From: Callorhinchus milii
Taxonomy: Eukaryota
NCBI RefSeq assembly: GCF_018977255.1
Contig: NW_024704743.1
Coordinates: 77,686,001 to 77,750,000, forward strand
DNA length: 64,000 nt
Reading direction: 5' to 3'
Shown here in pieces: positions 1 through 10,838 of the stretch; within the stretch, counting starts at the first letter, position 1; every line of letters starts with the position of its first letter. The notes below the pieces were generated by a model. The model was not told the origin of the DNA. It did not search any database and saw nothing but the letters and a program-made list of their open reading frames with translations. A program made the position numbers and the translations under genes.

Positions 1-1593
1 AGCAATTAGTTGCTTATTAATTTTGCAACATTATTTTAATGGTATATGACGCGTACTTATTTATGCATTACTTTTTTGTTAAGCTTGCAGTCGGGATGTC
101 ACTCTGGTTATCCATCTCGTATGAACTCCATCGTATAAAATCTAGGATGTGCAATACGAGGAAAGTTGCTGTGTGAATTGGCATTCAGTGAACAGAAACA
201 AAATATCTCCCCACATAACAGATATAAATAAGCCTCTGAGGCGTTCTATGTTCAACCTTATCCAAAGCCTTGCATTAGATTGTCTTGTAAGTGCTCCCAG
301 GTACCCATTATTTCACAGGCCTTTCTGCTTCTCTCTGCAGGATTCCTGTTGCAGTGTGAAAAAGAGAAATGTATTTTTCTCCCAACAGTTAAAGAAAATT
401 ACAAAAGGAGGTGTTAAAATAAGGTTAAGTTAGAATGCTGCGAGCTAAAGGGCAAACAGCGAGTGAGATAATACTACATATATACAGTGGGTTCAGCTTG
501 TCCGAGATCTGTCCTTTCTCAATTCCACTCCAAGAATTACATTAACATCACACATTCATTCATGTAATTCTCTCATTCTCAATGCTCCAACTGGGGCAGT
601 ATACTTTCCCTTTGAGGACTGTGATAACAGCTTTAGACCAGAATCCAAATGCAGCAAGATTTTTTTTTGCGCTGAAAGGAATTTTCAGAAATAGGAAAAG
701 AATTCTCTATTCTGTACATTTCTCCCACATTACGCTTTGTTAAAAAATTGACCTGCGGAAATATTTCACATCAATCCTGCATGAAATAAAAGTGGATGAG
801 TAATTTAAAAGCCTATTGTCAGAAGCTATAAAGCTTATCAACAAGTGTAGATGTCCCACACAGTGTGCATGTCCCCACTTTTTTTATACTATGCTTGTGT
901 TATTTTATATATAAAACCGACACATTTCACTTCAACTGCAAAGACTCTCATGTTATTTTAGAGCAGAACCAAAAACAAATGTGTAGATCAATTAGATACA
1001 AGGAATTATTTGAGAGTCAGTTTGGCTCTGTTGGTAGCTTGCTTCTGGGTCAAAATATTGTTGGGTTGAAGCTTCATGATATGGTCTAGGCTGATCCTCC
1101 AGTGCAGTACCAGGAAAATCCTGAATTGGTGGAAATTCCAGTTTTCCAATGAATTGTTAAGACCAATGTCCTCTCCGCCTGTTCATGGAGACATTGAACA
1201 TCACTGACACTATTCAAGAAGAGTTGCATATTTATATAGAGCAATACAGCATAGAAACAGGCCATTCAACTCAACTCGTCCATGCCAGTATATATACTCC
1301 ACACAGCCTTGACCCAAAGAACCGTAAAAATTTACAGCACAAAAAAAGGCCATTCTGTATCTGTGTTGGCTCTTTTATGAGCAATCCTTTCAGTCCCATT
1401 TACAAAACAACACTTGCATTTATAGTAGTGCCCTTCATGCTGGGTAGTGTATTGGAGTGCTTAACAATGGCATAGTTTGACAGTGAGTTGGGAAGAAAAG
1501 GGAGGCGACTGTTGGCTCAGTCAAAGTCTCATTGTAATCTGAAGAAGGGCAAATAGTCGGCAAGAGAGAGGGTTTGAAGCAAAGCATTCTAGA

Positions 1594-2040
1594 TGTTAGA
1601 ATTTACACTTTTTGTATAATGTTAGAATCATAATAGATGTTGCGAACGGGTTAACTTTTAAGTTAAGTGTGTTGTGGGCAGCTGGACTGAAACTCCCTGC
1701 ACGTACACGAGTGCGGAGACAAGGGTACGGAGATGGAAGACTGAGAGCTGGAAACACTAAGACTGAGGATATCAGATGGAAGATTGAAAGCTGTAAGCAA
1801 GAAGACTGAAAGCACGAAGAATCAAGCTTGTGTGCTGTAAAGACACAGTGTTGAACTCTTGAACTTGAGATATCTATAGTGGTGTTATTCTGTTATAAGA
1901 TCTGTTGATTGTATCGGCCTTTGGTCTGACCCATCGGGATATTGGGGAATAGCGAACAAATAATAATAAAACAGTCTGATATCTGGTTAGAGGAATTAGC
2001 GTTATTTCCTTACAGATTTGGCTGATTTTATTTTCTAACA
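1594..2040 (+). repeat. 5' LTR (447 bp, internally deleted relative to the 3' LTR)
   Basis: TG...CA ends; AATAAA at about 1965; aligns to 2825-3523 apart from a 250-bp gap, a few substitutions and small indels. Confidence 0.92.
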
Positions 2041-2044
2041 GTTT

Positions 2045-2062
2045 TGGCGCAGTCGGCAGGAT
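2045..2062 (+). promoter_or_regulatory. Primer-binding site complementary to the tRNA-Ser 3' end
   Basis: TGGCGCAGTCGGCAGGAT, 4 nt after the LTR; 17/18 match to the reverse complement of the vertebrate tRNA-Ser 3' end (...ATCCTGCCGACTACGCCA). Confidence 0.85.
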
Positions 2063-2352
2063 TCCCCAGTAAACAGACAAGGGAGGTACAATCAAGCCTT
2101 GACGAACGTTTAATGATGTTGCATGTTTGAATACATCAACGTCTGATTGTTTTTAAAGCTGAATATTTGACCTTACCTAGGAAGTTTGTGATTGTCTCCT
2201 TGTCAGGCGTTTGAGTACGCTGGCGATCGCACCAGGCATTTAAGTGCGCTGATGTGTGTGTGAACGACATTCGAATATGTTGATATATTGTGTGTCGATG
2301 TACTATTGCGTAAGTGATGGAGTAACTTTCGGGCGTTCGAACAGTCAGTGGG

Positions 2353-2613
2353 AAATCCCCTATTACCTTCGGGTAAGGAGAGGGACCAGGACTGATAGTA
2401 ATTGAATGTTGATTTCAATTGTAACTGTGGTCGCTGGAAATAACCTGTTGGTTACAACTGAGCTGTGAAATAAGTCAGTGCAACCTGAACGAAGCAAATC
2501 CCCTATTACCTCCGGGTAAGGAGAGAGACCAGGACTGATAGTAATTGAATGTTGATTTCAGTTGTAACTGTGGTCGCTGGAAATAACCTGTTGGTTTTGA
2601 CTGAGCTGTGAAA
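2353..2613 (+). repeat. 118-bp tandem duplication in the LTR-element internal region
   Basis: 2353-2470 and 2496-2613 are near-identical (aaatcccctattacc...gagctgtgaaa). Confidence 0.95.
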
Positions 2614-2824
2614 CTCGAGAGAAAGCTCATTAAGAGACTTTGCCTCCTGGAAGTACCATCCTCCCTCCCAGGTTGTGTGACCTTGTATTATGTTTCTAAC
2701 TTTGTATTATCTGTCTTTTTGTACTATCAGGTTGTGTAACCTTATATTATTTTCCTGATTTTATACTATATCCTTTTTTGTAGTTTTGTGATACCTCATG
2801 TTCATTCGGTATCAAGGTGGGTAC

Positions 2825-3523
2825 TGTTAGAATTTACACTTTTTGTATAATGTTAGAATCATAATAGATGTTGCGAACGGGTTAACTTTTAAGTTAAGTG
2901 TGTTGTGGGCAGCTGGACTGAAACTCCCTGCACGTACACAAGATAACGGACTGTCTCAAGGACAGTGTGTTTGTGTGTGTGAGGCACGTACACCCCATGA
3001 GATGTTCACGTGAACCCAGCATAATTTCGACCAGATGATCCAATGTCTGCACCATGATTGGATGAACATTGGTATAAGAGTTCTGATAACTTTGTGTACG
3101 GGGCCATCCCGGGTCGTGGAGACAAGGATATGGGAGATGGAGCCATCCTGGGTCGCGGAGACAAGGATACGGGAGATGGGGCCATCCCGGGCTGCGGAGA
3201 CAAGGGTACAGAGATGGAAGACTGAGAGCTAGAAACACTAAGACTGAGGATATCAGATGGAAGATTGAAAGCTGTAAGCAAGAAGACTGAAAGCATGAAG
3301 AATCAAGCTTGTGTGCTGTAAAGACAGTGTTGAACTCTTGAACTCGAGATATCTATAGTGGTGTTATTCTGTTATAAGATCTGTTGATTGTACCGGCCTT
3401 TGGTCTGACCCATCGGGATATTGGGGAATAACGAACGAATGAATAATAATAAAACAGTCTGATATCTGGTTAGAGGAATTAGCATTATTTCCTTACAGAT
3501 TTGGCTGATTTTATTTTCTAACA
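2825..3523 (+). repeat. 3' LTR (699 bp) with three 39-bp tandem units at 3101-3217
   Basis: TG...CA ends; CCAAT/ATTGG motifs at about 3040-3072; TATAAGAG at 3073; unit gggccatcccgggtcgyggagacaaggatayggragatg x3; AATAAA near 3448. Confidence 0.92.
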
Positions 3524-3554
3524 TAGATGATCAGGGCACAGGTGACTGAAAGCA

Positions 3555-4250
3555 CATTTACCTCCCCTTTCCCCATACCCCCATTCATATCCTTTTGAGA
3601 TATGTATCTAGTTCCTTTTCAAAAGCAAATATGGATTCTGCCTCAACCATCACTTCTGGCAGGACATTCCATATCCTAACTACTCCCTTCATGAAATAAA
3701 TTTCTCCTAACCTCCCCATTTGCTCATTTGGTAACTCTCTTAAATTGAACACTCTTTGTCACTGACTCACCAATTAGTGGAAATCATTTCTCGATATTGA
3801 CTATCAAAATCCCTCATAATTTTAAAGACCGCTCTCAGGTCAACCCTCAACCTTCTTTGTTCCAACAGAAAAAGTTGGAGTCCTGTAGCTCAGTGGTTAG
3901 AGCACTCGCTTTGCAAGTGAGAGACCTGAGTTCAATTCCAGGCAGGGCGAAACCTTGGGCAAGTTTCCTTACTCCACATGCCTAATAATAATCCCTCCAA
4001 AACCAAAAACAATAATAAATTGGTCATTTTCAATCCACGACTGTTTGTGGGACATTGCTGTGCGCAATTGGCTGCCGCGTTCGCCCACAAATATACAGTC
4101 AATTCACTTTACAGTATATTCTGTGAAGCTTTGGGACGTCCTCCCGACGTGAAAAGCGCTATATCAAATGCAAGGATTATTATTATTATAAAGTCCAATT
4201 TCCTTCATATTGGGCAAACCAATCATCCCAGTATCATTCTTCCTATTCCC
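3555..4250 (-). mobile_element. Old CR1 LINE 3' fragment, interrupted by a SINE
   Basis: Reverse complement resembles the 3' part of the CR1 at 38700-39000 (e.g. ccccatacccc, ttgtcactgactcaccaattagtggaaa). Confidence 0.6.
3877..4189 (+). mobile_element. Young tRNA-Ala-derived SINE, short subtype, full length
   Basis: A box TAGCTCAGTGG, B box GTTCAATTCC, anticodon-like arm ctcgc-tttgcaa-gtgag, Deu-like gtgggacattgctgtgcgcaattggctgcc, L2-like tail ending (ATT)n; near-identical copies elsewhere in the window. Confidence 0.93.
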
Positions 4251-4699
4251 CTCTCCTATACCTCTTTAATCATTTGTCCCCTGTGTATGCTTATAGCTTT
4301 CTCTTAAATACACTGATGAGAACAAAAGAGTTTCTCTCAGCTTCTTGGTCAACAGTCCTCCGGATTATTTGGCCATTCAGTTTATGGGATCTTGCTAGTT
4401 CAAATAGCTGCTGTGTTTAGATACAAAAATCGTCACTTCACTTGGCAACAATAACTTGTGAAGCACTTTTCTCTAGTATGAGGTACTCTTTACATACAAG
4501 CCCTTGCTTTGCATTATGTACAATTATGCTCCTACAAGACTGCATTTAAACAAAAATAAGGACAAAGTACTGAGAAATCAGTTTGGTGGCACTTCCAGTG
4601 TGTCACAGTGGAGTTCCCACAGTTCAGCACGACACACATCAGATTACAGTTGCAAGTATTGTCTTTTCACCCCCAACAAAGAGTATCAGTGAAGGGGAG

Positions 4700-4930
4700 G
4701 ATGGACTATGTTGGGTGGGAAAGAGAGGCAAGGACAGCTAAGGACAGTTTAGTCTAATGTTCGAACACATGCACCATTCACTGAGGGGTCAGTGGATAGT
4801 GTTCAGGAGCAAGAACCCTAGTCCATTTTTCCCCTCTCTAAGCCTGAGGTTAATTGTAGCATTTCAAATGTTGCCCCCTGTCTATGAGAAACTCGACACA
4901 GAACTAGAGCCTTCCATGCCTGTATGGCTT
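4700..4930 (-). mobile_element. Ancient SINE fragment, same family as 17310-17760
   Basis: Reverse complement reads ...gaggggaaaaatggactagggttcttgctcctgaacactatccactgacccct..., matching 17460-17520. Confidence 0.6.
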
Positions 4931-5017
4931 AATTTCTCTAAAGATAAGTAGCTTTAGGAATTGAGGCACAGCAGCAGCCTGATAAATGAAGATACTAATT
5001 TCAGAAGTGGCCACATT

Positions 5018-5395
5018 AATAACAACAATGACAACTTGCATTTATATAGTGCCCTTCATGCAGGTAATGTCTCAGAGTGCTTAACAGTGGCAGAGTCTGA
5101 CGCCAAGCTGGTGGGAGGGTTAAAGAGGAAGGTCTTCAGGCGTGATCTGAAAATGGGGGAGGAAGGGACAAGGTGGAGGATTTGAGGGTTAGAGTTCCAA
5201 GATTTTGGAGTGTGGTGGCTGAAAGCATGGCCACCGATCATGGAGAAGAAGGGACGAGGAATAGCCAGGAGGCCAGAGCCAGCTGAGCGGAGGCAGCTGG
5301 TGGTGGAGTAGGGGGAAGCAGATCAGAGAGTTGTTACCAGGAGAGAGTTGGAATAGTCAAGGCTGGAGGTGACAAAATCATGGACGATAACATCA
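5018..5395 (-). mobile_element. L2 LINE 3' fragment
   Basis: (AAC)n tail plus ttgcatttatatagtgccc; minus ORF IGGHAFSHHTPKSWNS...FRSRLKTFLF is the L2 ORF2 C-terminus. Confidence 0.8.
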
Positions 5396-6019
5396 AAATA
5401 CTACATTTAAACAAAAAACATCAAAAAACCTGCTTTGATCGGTTCAGTCCTCAGAAGTTGCATTCAGCAAACATGTCAGTTAAAATCAAATCTTCACTCC
5501 TGCAAATCCAGGCAAATGCAAGAGGGATAGAAACCAGAAAAAAAACAATTTCTAATTGAAGTAAAAAAAAGGTATTTGTAAGTTAATGTTTACAAGTGGG
5601 TGGTGGTGGGGGGGTTGTTGGGTGGAAGGGGAGAAACGGGTAAGGAGTGAACTTTTACTTCAATGCAATGAGAAGCAATAATTTCCATGAGAAAAGGAAT
5701 CTGGAAATATGAATGGTTTCAAATGAATGAATTACCAGTTATGCAACATTCTGGAGCAATTGGAAGCACAACATTAACATTCCTTCATGGACCTGCCAAA
5801 GCCAATGGAAACCATTAGCTACGTTGAATATCTCACCTATTATGTGCTCTGACAGGCATCTTTTCACTCATGAAAAAACACCTTCGTAACTCGTTTGTGT
5901 CTGTGCAGTTCATCGGAAGCATTTTGCATTCAAATACTTTGGGGGCTAATTTGCGGAATGTGTTAACCATGTGCAAACACATTGGAACCAAGGGAATTCC
6001 AGGTGCTCTTAATTATAGC

Positions 6020-6520
6020 AACAAAACCGACAACAACTTGTACTTATGTAGCGCCTTTCCTGTTGAGAAAAAAAAGGCTTAAAGTACTTCACAGAGATGC
6101 CATAGGGACTTGAGCTGATTGAGGAGATTTGGGGAGGGGGTAAGTAGGAAATGACTGAAGACAAACCACTGAGTTAGTTTTGAAAAAGCATTTTGGAAAC
6201 AACAACTTATATAGCGCCTATCATGCAGGTTAGGGTTTCAAAGTGATGGGGTTGGACACTGAGAGAGAGAAGGAGGAGGTGGAAACAAACAAAGAAGTGT
6301 GGGTATTTGGGAAGATAGTTCCAGAGAGCAGGGGCAAAATGGCTGAAATCTCAGCTCCAGGCCTGAGTTAGGGAACAGGGGAAACTTGAGAAAAGGAATA
6401 ATGGAAGTGATGGACTTGTGCAGTTTGGTGCACAAAGATTATGGGCTGGGAAGACTTGTGAGGAGGGCACTGGAGAAGTCAAGTCTGGAAGTAACAAACA
6501 CATAAATGAAGGTTTGGGTT
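6020..6520 (-). mobile_element. Two stacked decayed L2 3' fragments
   Basis: Tails acaacaacttgtacttatgtagcgcc (about 6030) and acaacaacttatatagcgcc (about 6200) followed by purine-rich antisense-L2 sequence. Confidence 0.6.
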
Positions 6521-6556
6521 GCACAACAGATATAACATCTAGTTAGCAAACATTAA

Positions 6557-6810
6557 ATAATAACAACAACAAGATTTCATTTATAGAGCGCCTTTCACGT
6601 TGGGAGGACGTCCCAAGGCGCTGGACAGTTGGGTCAGGACCCGAGCAGGGGGGAAATGGTCAGGGTGAGGGGAGAGAAGGGAGGGAGCGAGGAGGGGGTG
6701 GAGAGGCGAGAGGGGAGCTGAAGGTACGGTCGAAGAGAAAGGTCTTGAGACCGGCCTTGAAGGAGGAAAGGGAGGAAGCAAGGCGAAGGCACTGGGGGAT
6801 GGAGTTCCAT
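6557..6810 (-). mobile_element. Young L2 LINE 3' end
   Basis: Reverse complement matches the L2 3' end at 54640-54875 (gtccagcgccttgggacgtcctcccaacgtgaaaggcgctctataaatg); CpGs retained. Confidence 0.85.
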
Positions 6811-7004
6811 TAGGGGAGCAACATTGCAGAATGGAGCATGTGTGGTTGTTTTGCAATTGTTTTATTACACTATGAAGTAAGGTTACCATTGTTGTGCCTT
6901 TTCATTCCTATTTTTGATTGATGGAGTTGGATAGTATGTCCATGAAGAGCCTTCCATCTTAGATTAAAGCAATTTGCAAAGCAGTGTTGATATACTACTA
7001 CTGT

Positions 7005-7322
7005 TAATAATCATCCTTGCATTTGATATAGTGCCTTTTCACATCTTTGAAATATCTCAAAGCACTTCACAGAATATACTGTAAACTGAATTCACTGTGT
7101 ATTTTGTGTCTGTGGAGCCAATTGCGCACAGCAGTGTCCCATAAACAGTCGTGGATTGAGTGACCAAATTATTGTTTTTTAATTATTTTTTTCTGAAAAG
7201 ATTAGACCTCAGAAAAGCGATCCGTCAATCAACTAACAACCGGCGTGTGGAGTAGGGAAACTTGCCTAACGTTTCACCGTGCTTGTGAGGCGAGTGTTCT
7301 AACCACTAAGCTACAGGACTCC
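7005..7322 (-). mobile_element. tRNA-Ala-derived SINE, intermediate subtype
   Basis: Reverse complement of the head (ctacaggactcc) and tail (atccttgcatttgatatag); keeps only part of the central segment of the long subtype. Confidence 0.88.
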
Positions 7323-9156
7323 ACATATATGTGTAAGTCTCTTGCACCATTGCACGAGTGCCACAAGTGTAAGTGGAGTTTACACTAGTATAGAGCACCT
7401 CACAACACATGTTTTTGCCTATTTCCTCTTCCTATTGTATGGGGGCATTATAAAAGCGTCAGGCATCTAGCTGCAGCAGAGCAGCACTATTCCACAACTC
7501 TGACATCTCCACACCGTGCTATCACGTAGCAAGAGATTTCAGGAATAAATATTTATGAAAACAATGGGTCTGATGATATGTTCAGGATGTAAATAGAATT
7601 TGAAGCAGAATGCACTGAATATGGAAACTCTCCAACTCATGATCTGGCTGTCACAAGCCACCCACCGCTTCATCACTCAAAGGCTATAGGGTCATTCACT
7701 CATTGCATATTTCTGATATCTAGATTCCCTCTACTTCCAGCTTTGATAAATCCTTCAGTAGTGGCATGGGAGAAAAGCAGAGAGAGAGAGAGAAAAAGAA
7801 AGAGGTTTGCTGCTAAATGATGCAGCTTGTCTGGATCATTTGATTCAGCAGAAACTTTACTATCTGCACAGAGGACTTGAAAAAAGGTAGTAAAGCATTT
7901 CTGCCAGACCATTCCCCAGGCAGCTTGGCCACGGCACACCGCCCTTTCAATTAGCTACTGGAACAGATCAATATATTTCAACATTGCACATGACTTGACT
8001 GAAGGCCTGTCTTTCTGACCCAGATCGCCAACAGGACATCACTACACACAGATGTACCCTTCACTGTTTGTAGCGAGGTGGAGGAAGAGAAGTTTGGTGG
8101 GGTGGGGGAGGGGTTAAGAAGGATAATGGTAGTTATCATATAATGTTTGCTAACTAGATATTACATCTGTTGTGCGCACACAGCAATGGGCAAAATAAAT
8201 AGAAAATGGTGATTATTACCCCCCTTCCCACTTCATCCCCACCCACTATTGCAGAGGGGATTACAATTCTGCTGACATCCAGCCATTGCTGGTTAGAATT
8301 CAAAATGGGTAAAAATCATTCTCCATGAATTCACAACTAGAATACTCACTGTCCCAGGGGAGAGGGGAAAAAATCAAATTACGTCCAACACCAAATTGAA
8401 CCTCTTTCCCCCTCCTCCCTCCCCTTTAAAGACTTGTGGCTGTTCAGTAACAAAGCTGTCCTTGGTGGTTATTATTCTCATTGTGCTGACATTTGTTCCA
8501 ACTTGTCATCATTTGTCCATCGCATTTCAGTGGATTGAATCCAAGTGTGAAGTGGACGGGTTTGTAGCTGGTTTATGGGAATCAGAGAGAAGGCAGACGC
8601 CTCTGTTACCAGCACATGAAGTGATGTGACAGTCTGGAAACCACTTTTTTAAGACTCCGTCTACTAAACCAGAAAGAAATTGAGGTTTTACAGTTCCATA
8701 AATATTTTATCGTAAGTCATCATTTATGAACTCTGGCAGCTCCCATAAAAACCCTACTCATTTTTTTAAGAGTCACATATTAAGCCAGAAAATTGCTTCT
8801 CACGGTGAGCCATAAAAATGAAGGTAAAGAGCACAACAACAGCAGAGAGTCCAGTATTACATGGAAGGAGAGGGCTCTGTGCTTTTCTGTCAGTGACGCA
8901 CACTGAGTTTAGCCTGCAATGGCTCCAAATCACATCAAATTAGGGCTGAACAACACAGGCAGCTTTCAGGAGAGAAAAGTAGATCTTTCACCAAAAGAAC
9001 AAAGCAAGATCTGTCAACTGTAGTGTTTGTGCTGTATTTCTGAACATGACAGATTTGCTATGGACTGATAGAGAAGAGAAGAATACAGTGCAGATTGGTT
9101 TAATCCCCTGCCAAACGTGTTCCAACTCTGAGCTGACATTAAGTAAATAAATAAAT

Positions 9157-9630
9157 TATCCTTACATTGATATAACGTCTTTTGTGTCAGAAAGATGGCT
9201 CAAAATATTTCACAGGATGTAATGTAAAGTACAGCAATTGTGTATTTTGTAAGCGAACCCAACAGTCAATTTAGACACAGCAATGTCCACAAACAACCAT
9301 GAAGAGAATAATCAATTCTATCTGGGGAATTTTTGGCCAGGACACCAGGGGAAACTCCCTTCTTTTTTTGAACAGTGACATTCAGCTGTGAACTGTGCAG
9401 AACTGTGTGATAATTCTACTGTAGGAATTTCAGTGTGAATTTTAAAATCCCATCACAACTCACAGGTGCTGTTGCTGCAGACAAGGGCCTCGGTTTAACG
9501 TCCCCTCCAAAAGAGACCTGTGATAATGTGGCTCATCCCCAGAACAGGAGTGTCAGCCTAGACTGTGACCTTGAATTCACAACATTTAGACTCGGAGGCG
9601 AGAGTGTCACCAACTGAACCAGGCTGTCAC
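9157..9630 (-). mobile_element. Old full-Deu-domain SINE (SacSINE1-like)
   Basis: Contains ggcctcggtttaacgtc, ggagtgtcagcctagact, ggccaggacaccagggg and the shared SINE tail. Confidence 0.75.
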
Positions 9631-9759
9631 GCAAATTTGTGTGACCCATCTGCCCTCAAGAATCTACACAAGATGTAGAAATCAGCAGAGTGCTTCTGTT
9701 CATTTTAATTATTATTCTGAAATATAAGCCTCCCCGTTCTCCCCCCACCTCATCACAGC

Positions 9760-10000
9760 TTAGGGAACAGTGCCTGACTGATGTACTGAAGTGTTCAAAC
9801 CAGGAACGTCTCAGGTACGACCACTGGGCTTGTTCTTAGCTGGAAAGTGTAAGGATATGATTAGACTCAGTTGTGGTCGTCAAATAACCCATCAACACTC
9901 AATCTTCAAGTTATTACATTATAAATGGCACTTCTTGTACACTGGAGCCAGATAAACTACACCACAGTACTACTCACTACCTCCAGCAGAGGAGGTTGCA
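9760..10000 (+). mobile_element. Highly decayed ancient SINE, family of 17310-17760
   Basis: gtactga...accaggaacgtctcaggtacga...ctggaaagtgt...agaggagg is colinear with 17310-17760. Confidence 0.4.
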
Positions 10001-10109
10001 AGAAAGGGGTGGTGGGGGGGGGTGGGGAATAAGATGAAATGGTTGTAATAATAATACTAATCCTTATATTTGACATAGACTGTTATCACATCAAAATGTC
10101 TCAAAACTT

Positions 10110-10235
10110 AAAAAGGAAAAATTGCAGGACTATGGGGTTAAGAACGGGGGAGTGGGACTAGTTGGATAGCTCTTTCAAAGAGCACAATGGGCTGAATGGC
10201 CTTCTTCTGTGCTGTAAGATTCTATGATTCTATGA
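10110..10235 (+). mobile_element. CR1-type 3' tail (HER1/HE1-like)
   Basis: gatagctctttcaaagagc...gggctgaatggccttcttctgtgctgtaa followed by the CR1 octamer tail (ttctatga)x2. Confidence 0.8.
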
Positions 10236-10488
10236 AAACACTTCACAGTAATTATACCGACTGTTGAGTGTAGTGAAAGTGTAGTGACCATATGCAGTGA
10301 GAACAACATTCAATTTGCACACAGCACATTTGCACAAACATTTCACTCCTTTCTCTTTTTGAGTATATAACATCCTTATCGTCCACCTGAACAGGCAGAT
10401 GGGACCTCAGTTTAACATCTCAGCCGAAGGATGACACTTCTGACAGTGCAGCACACCCCCAGCATTGCACTGGAGAGTCAGCCTAAAG

Positions 10489-10838
10489 TAGTGGTTCTCA
10501 AACAAATTGTGTGCATCCTCAGTGTGGCCACCATCACTTACTGGTGGCCACAATGCGACTTTTTGTAATCTGCGCTACCCCCCACCCCCTTGTTGAGCCA
10601 GCCAGAGTGCAGGGGGAGACGGAGAGGACGGAAAGAAAACACATGTCCACCTGATCGCCTGTCTGGGTGTTGCTCACTGGGAGTGTTAGTCTGATCACCC
10701 CCTCCGCAGCAGCGGGCCCAATGCATGTTTGAAATGCACACATACACACACACACACTCTGCCTCCCACTCCCCGTCCCACCTCTCCCAGGCCTGGGGAC
10801 TGCTGGGCCAAATAAAATCATGCATTTGAGAAACGCTG
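10489..10838. mobile_element. hAT-Charlie-like MITE, 350 bp
   Basis: Termini tagtggttctcaaa / tttgagaaacgctg (Charlie-type CAGTGGTTCTCAAA TIR); 8-bp TSD gcctaaag / gcctagac; removing it restores the host SINE motif gtcagcctagact. Confidence 0.8.

Larger units (their letters stand above)
1594..3523 (+). mobile_element. Complete non-autonomous LTR retroelement (TRIM/ERV-like, no coding capacity)
   Basis: Two direct repeats (1594-2040, 2825-3523), each TGTTAGAA...TTCTAACA (8-bp perfect terminal IR). 4-bp TSD TAGA at 1590-1593 and 3524-3527. PBS after the 5' LTR, purine-rich tract before the 3' LTR, and a 784-bp internal region with no gag/pol-like ORF. Confidence 0.92.
6522..8174. mobile_element. 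Putative non-autonomous TIR DNA transposon (CAC termini, CMC/EnSpm-like)
   Basis: cacaacagatataacatctagttagcaaacatta (6522-6555) matches the reverse complement of 8141-8174 at 32/34. Flanking dinucleotides TG / CG. Confidence 0.6.

Noticed and set aside
1763-1800. CTGAGGA...GAAA in both LTRs, suggesting a retrozyme-type hammerhead
   Set aside because: Stem II is weak, stem III (gct/agc) is followed by A rather than the required UH cleavage site, and no stem I is evident.
3101-3217. 39-bp repeats and the Pro/Ser-rich minus ORFs (2894-3296) as a CRISPR array or repeat protein
   Set aside because: Units are contiguous with no unique spacers, lie inside an LTR in eukaryotic DNA, and the ORFs merely translate the repeat.
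3877-3950. tRNA-Ala(TGC)-like cloverleaf (also at 36117, 44719, 51560, 53706, 59879 and on the minus strand)
   Set aside because: These are SINE heads: the acceptor stem does not close, there is no T-run terminator, and each continues into the SINE body.
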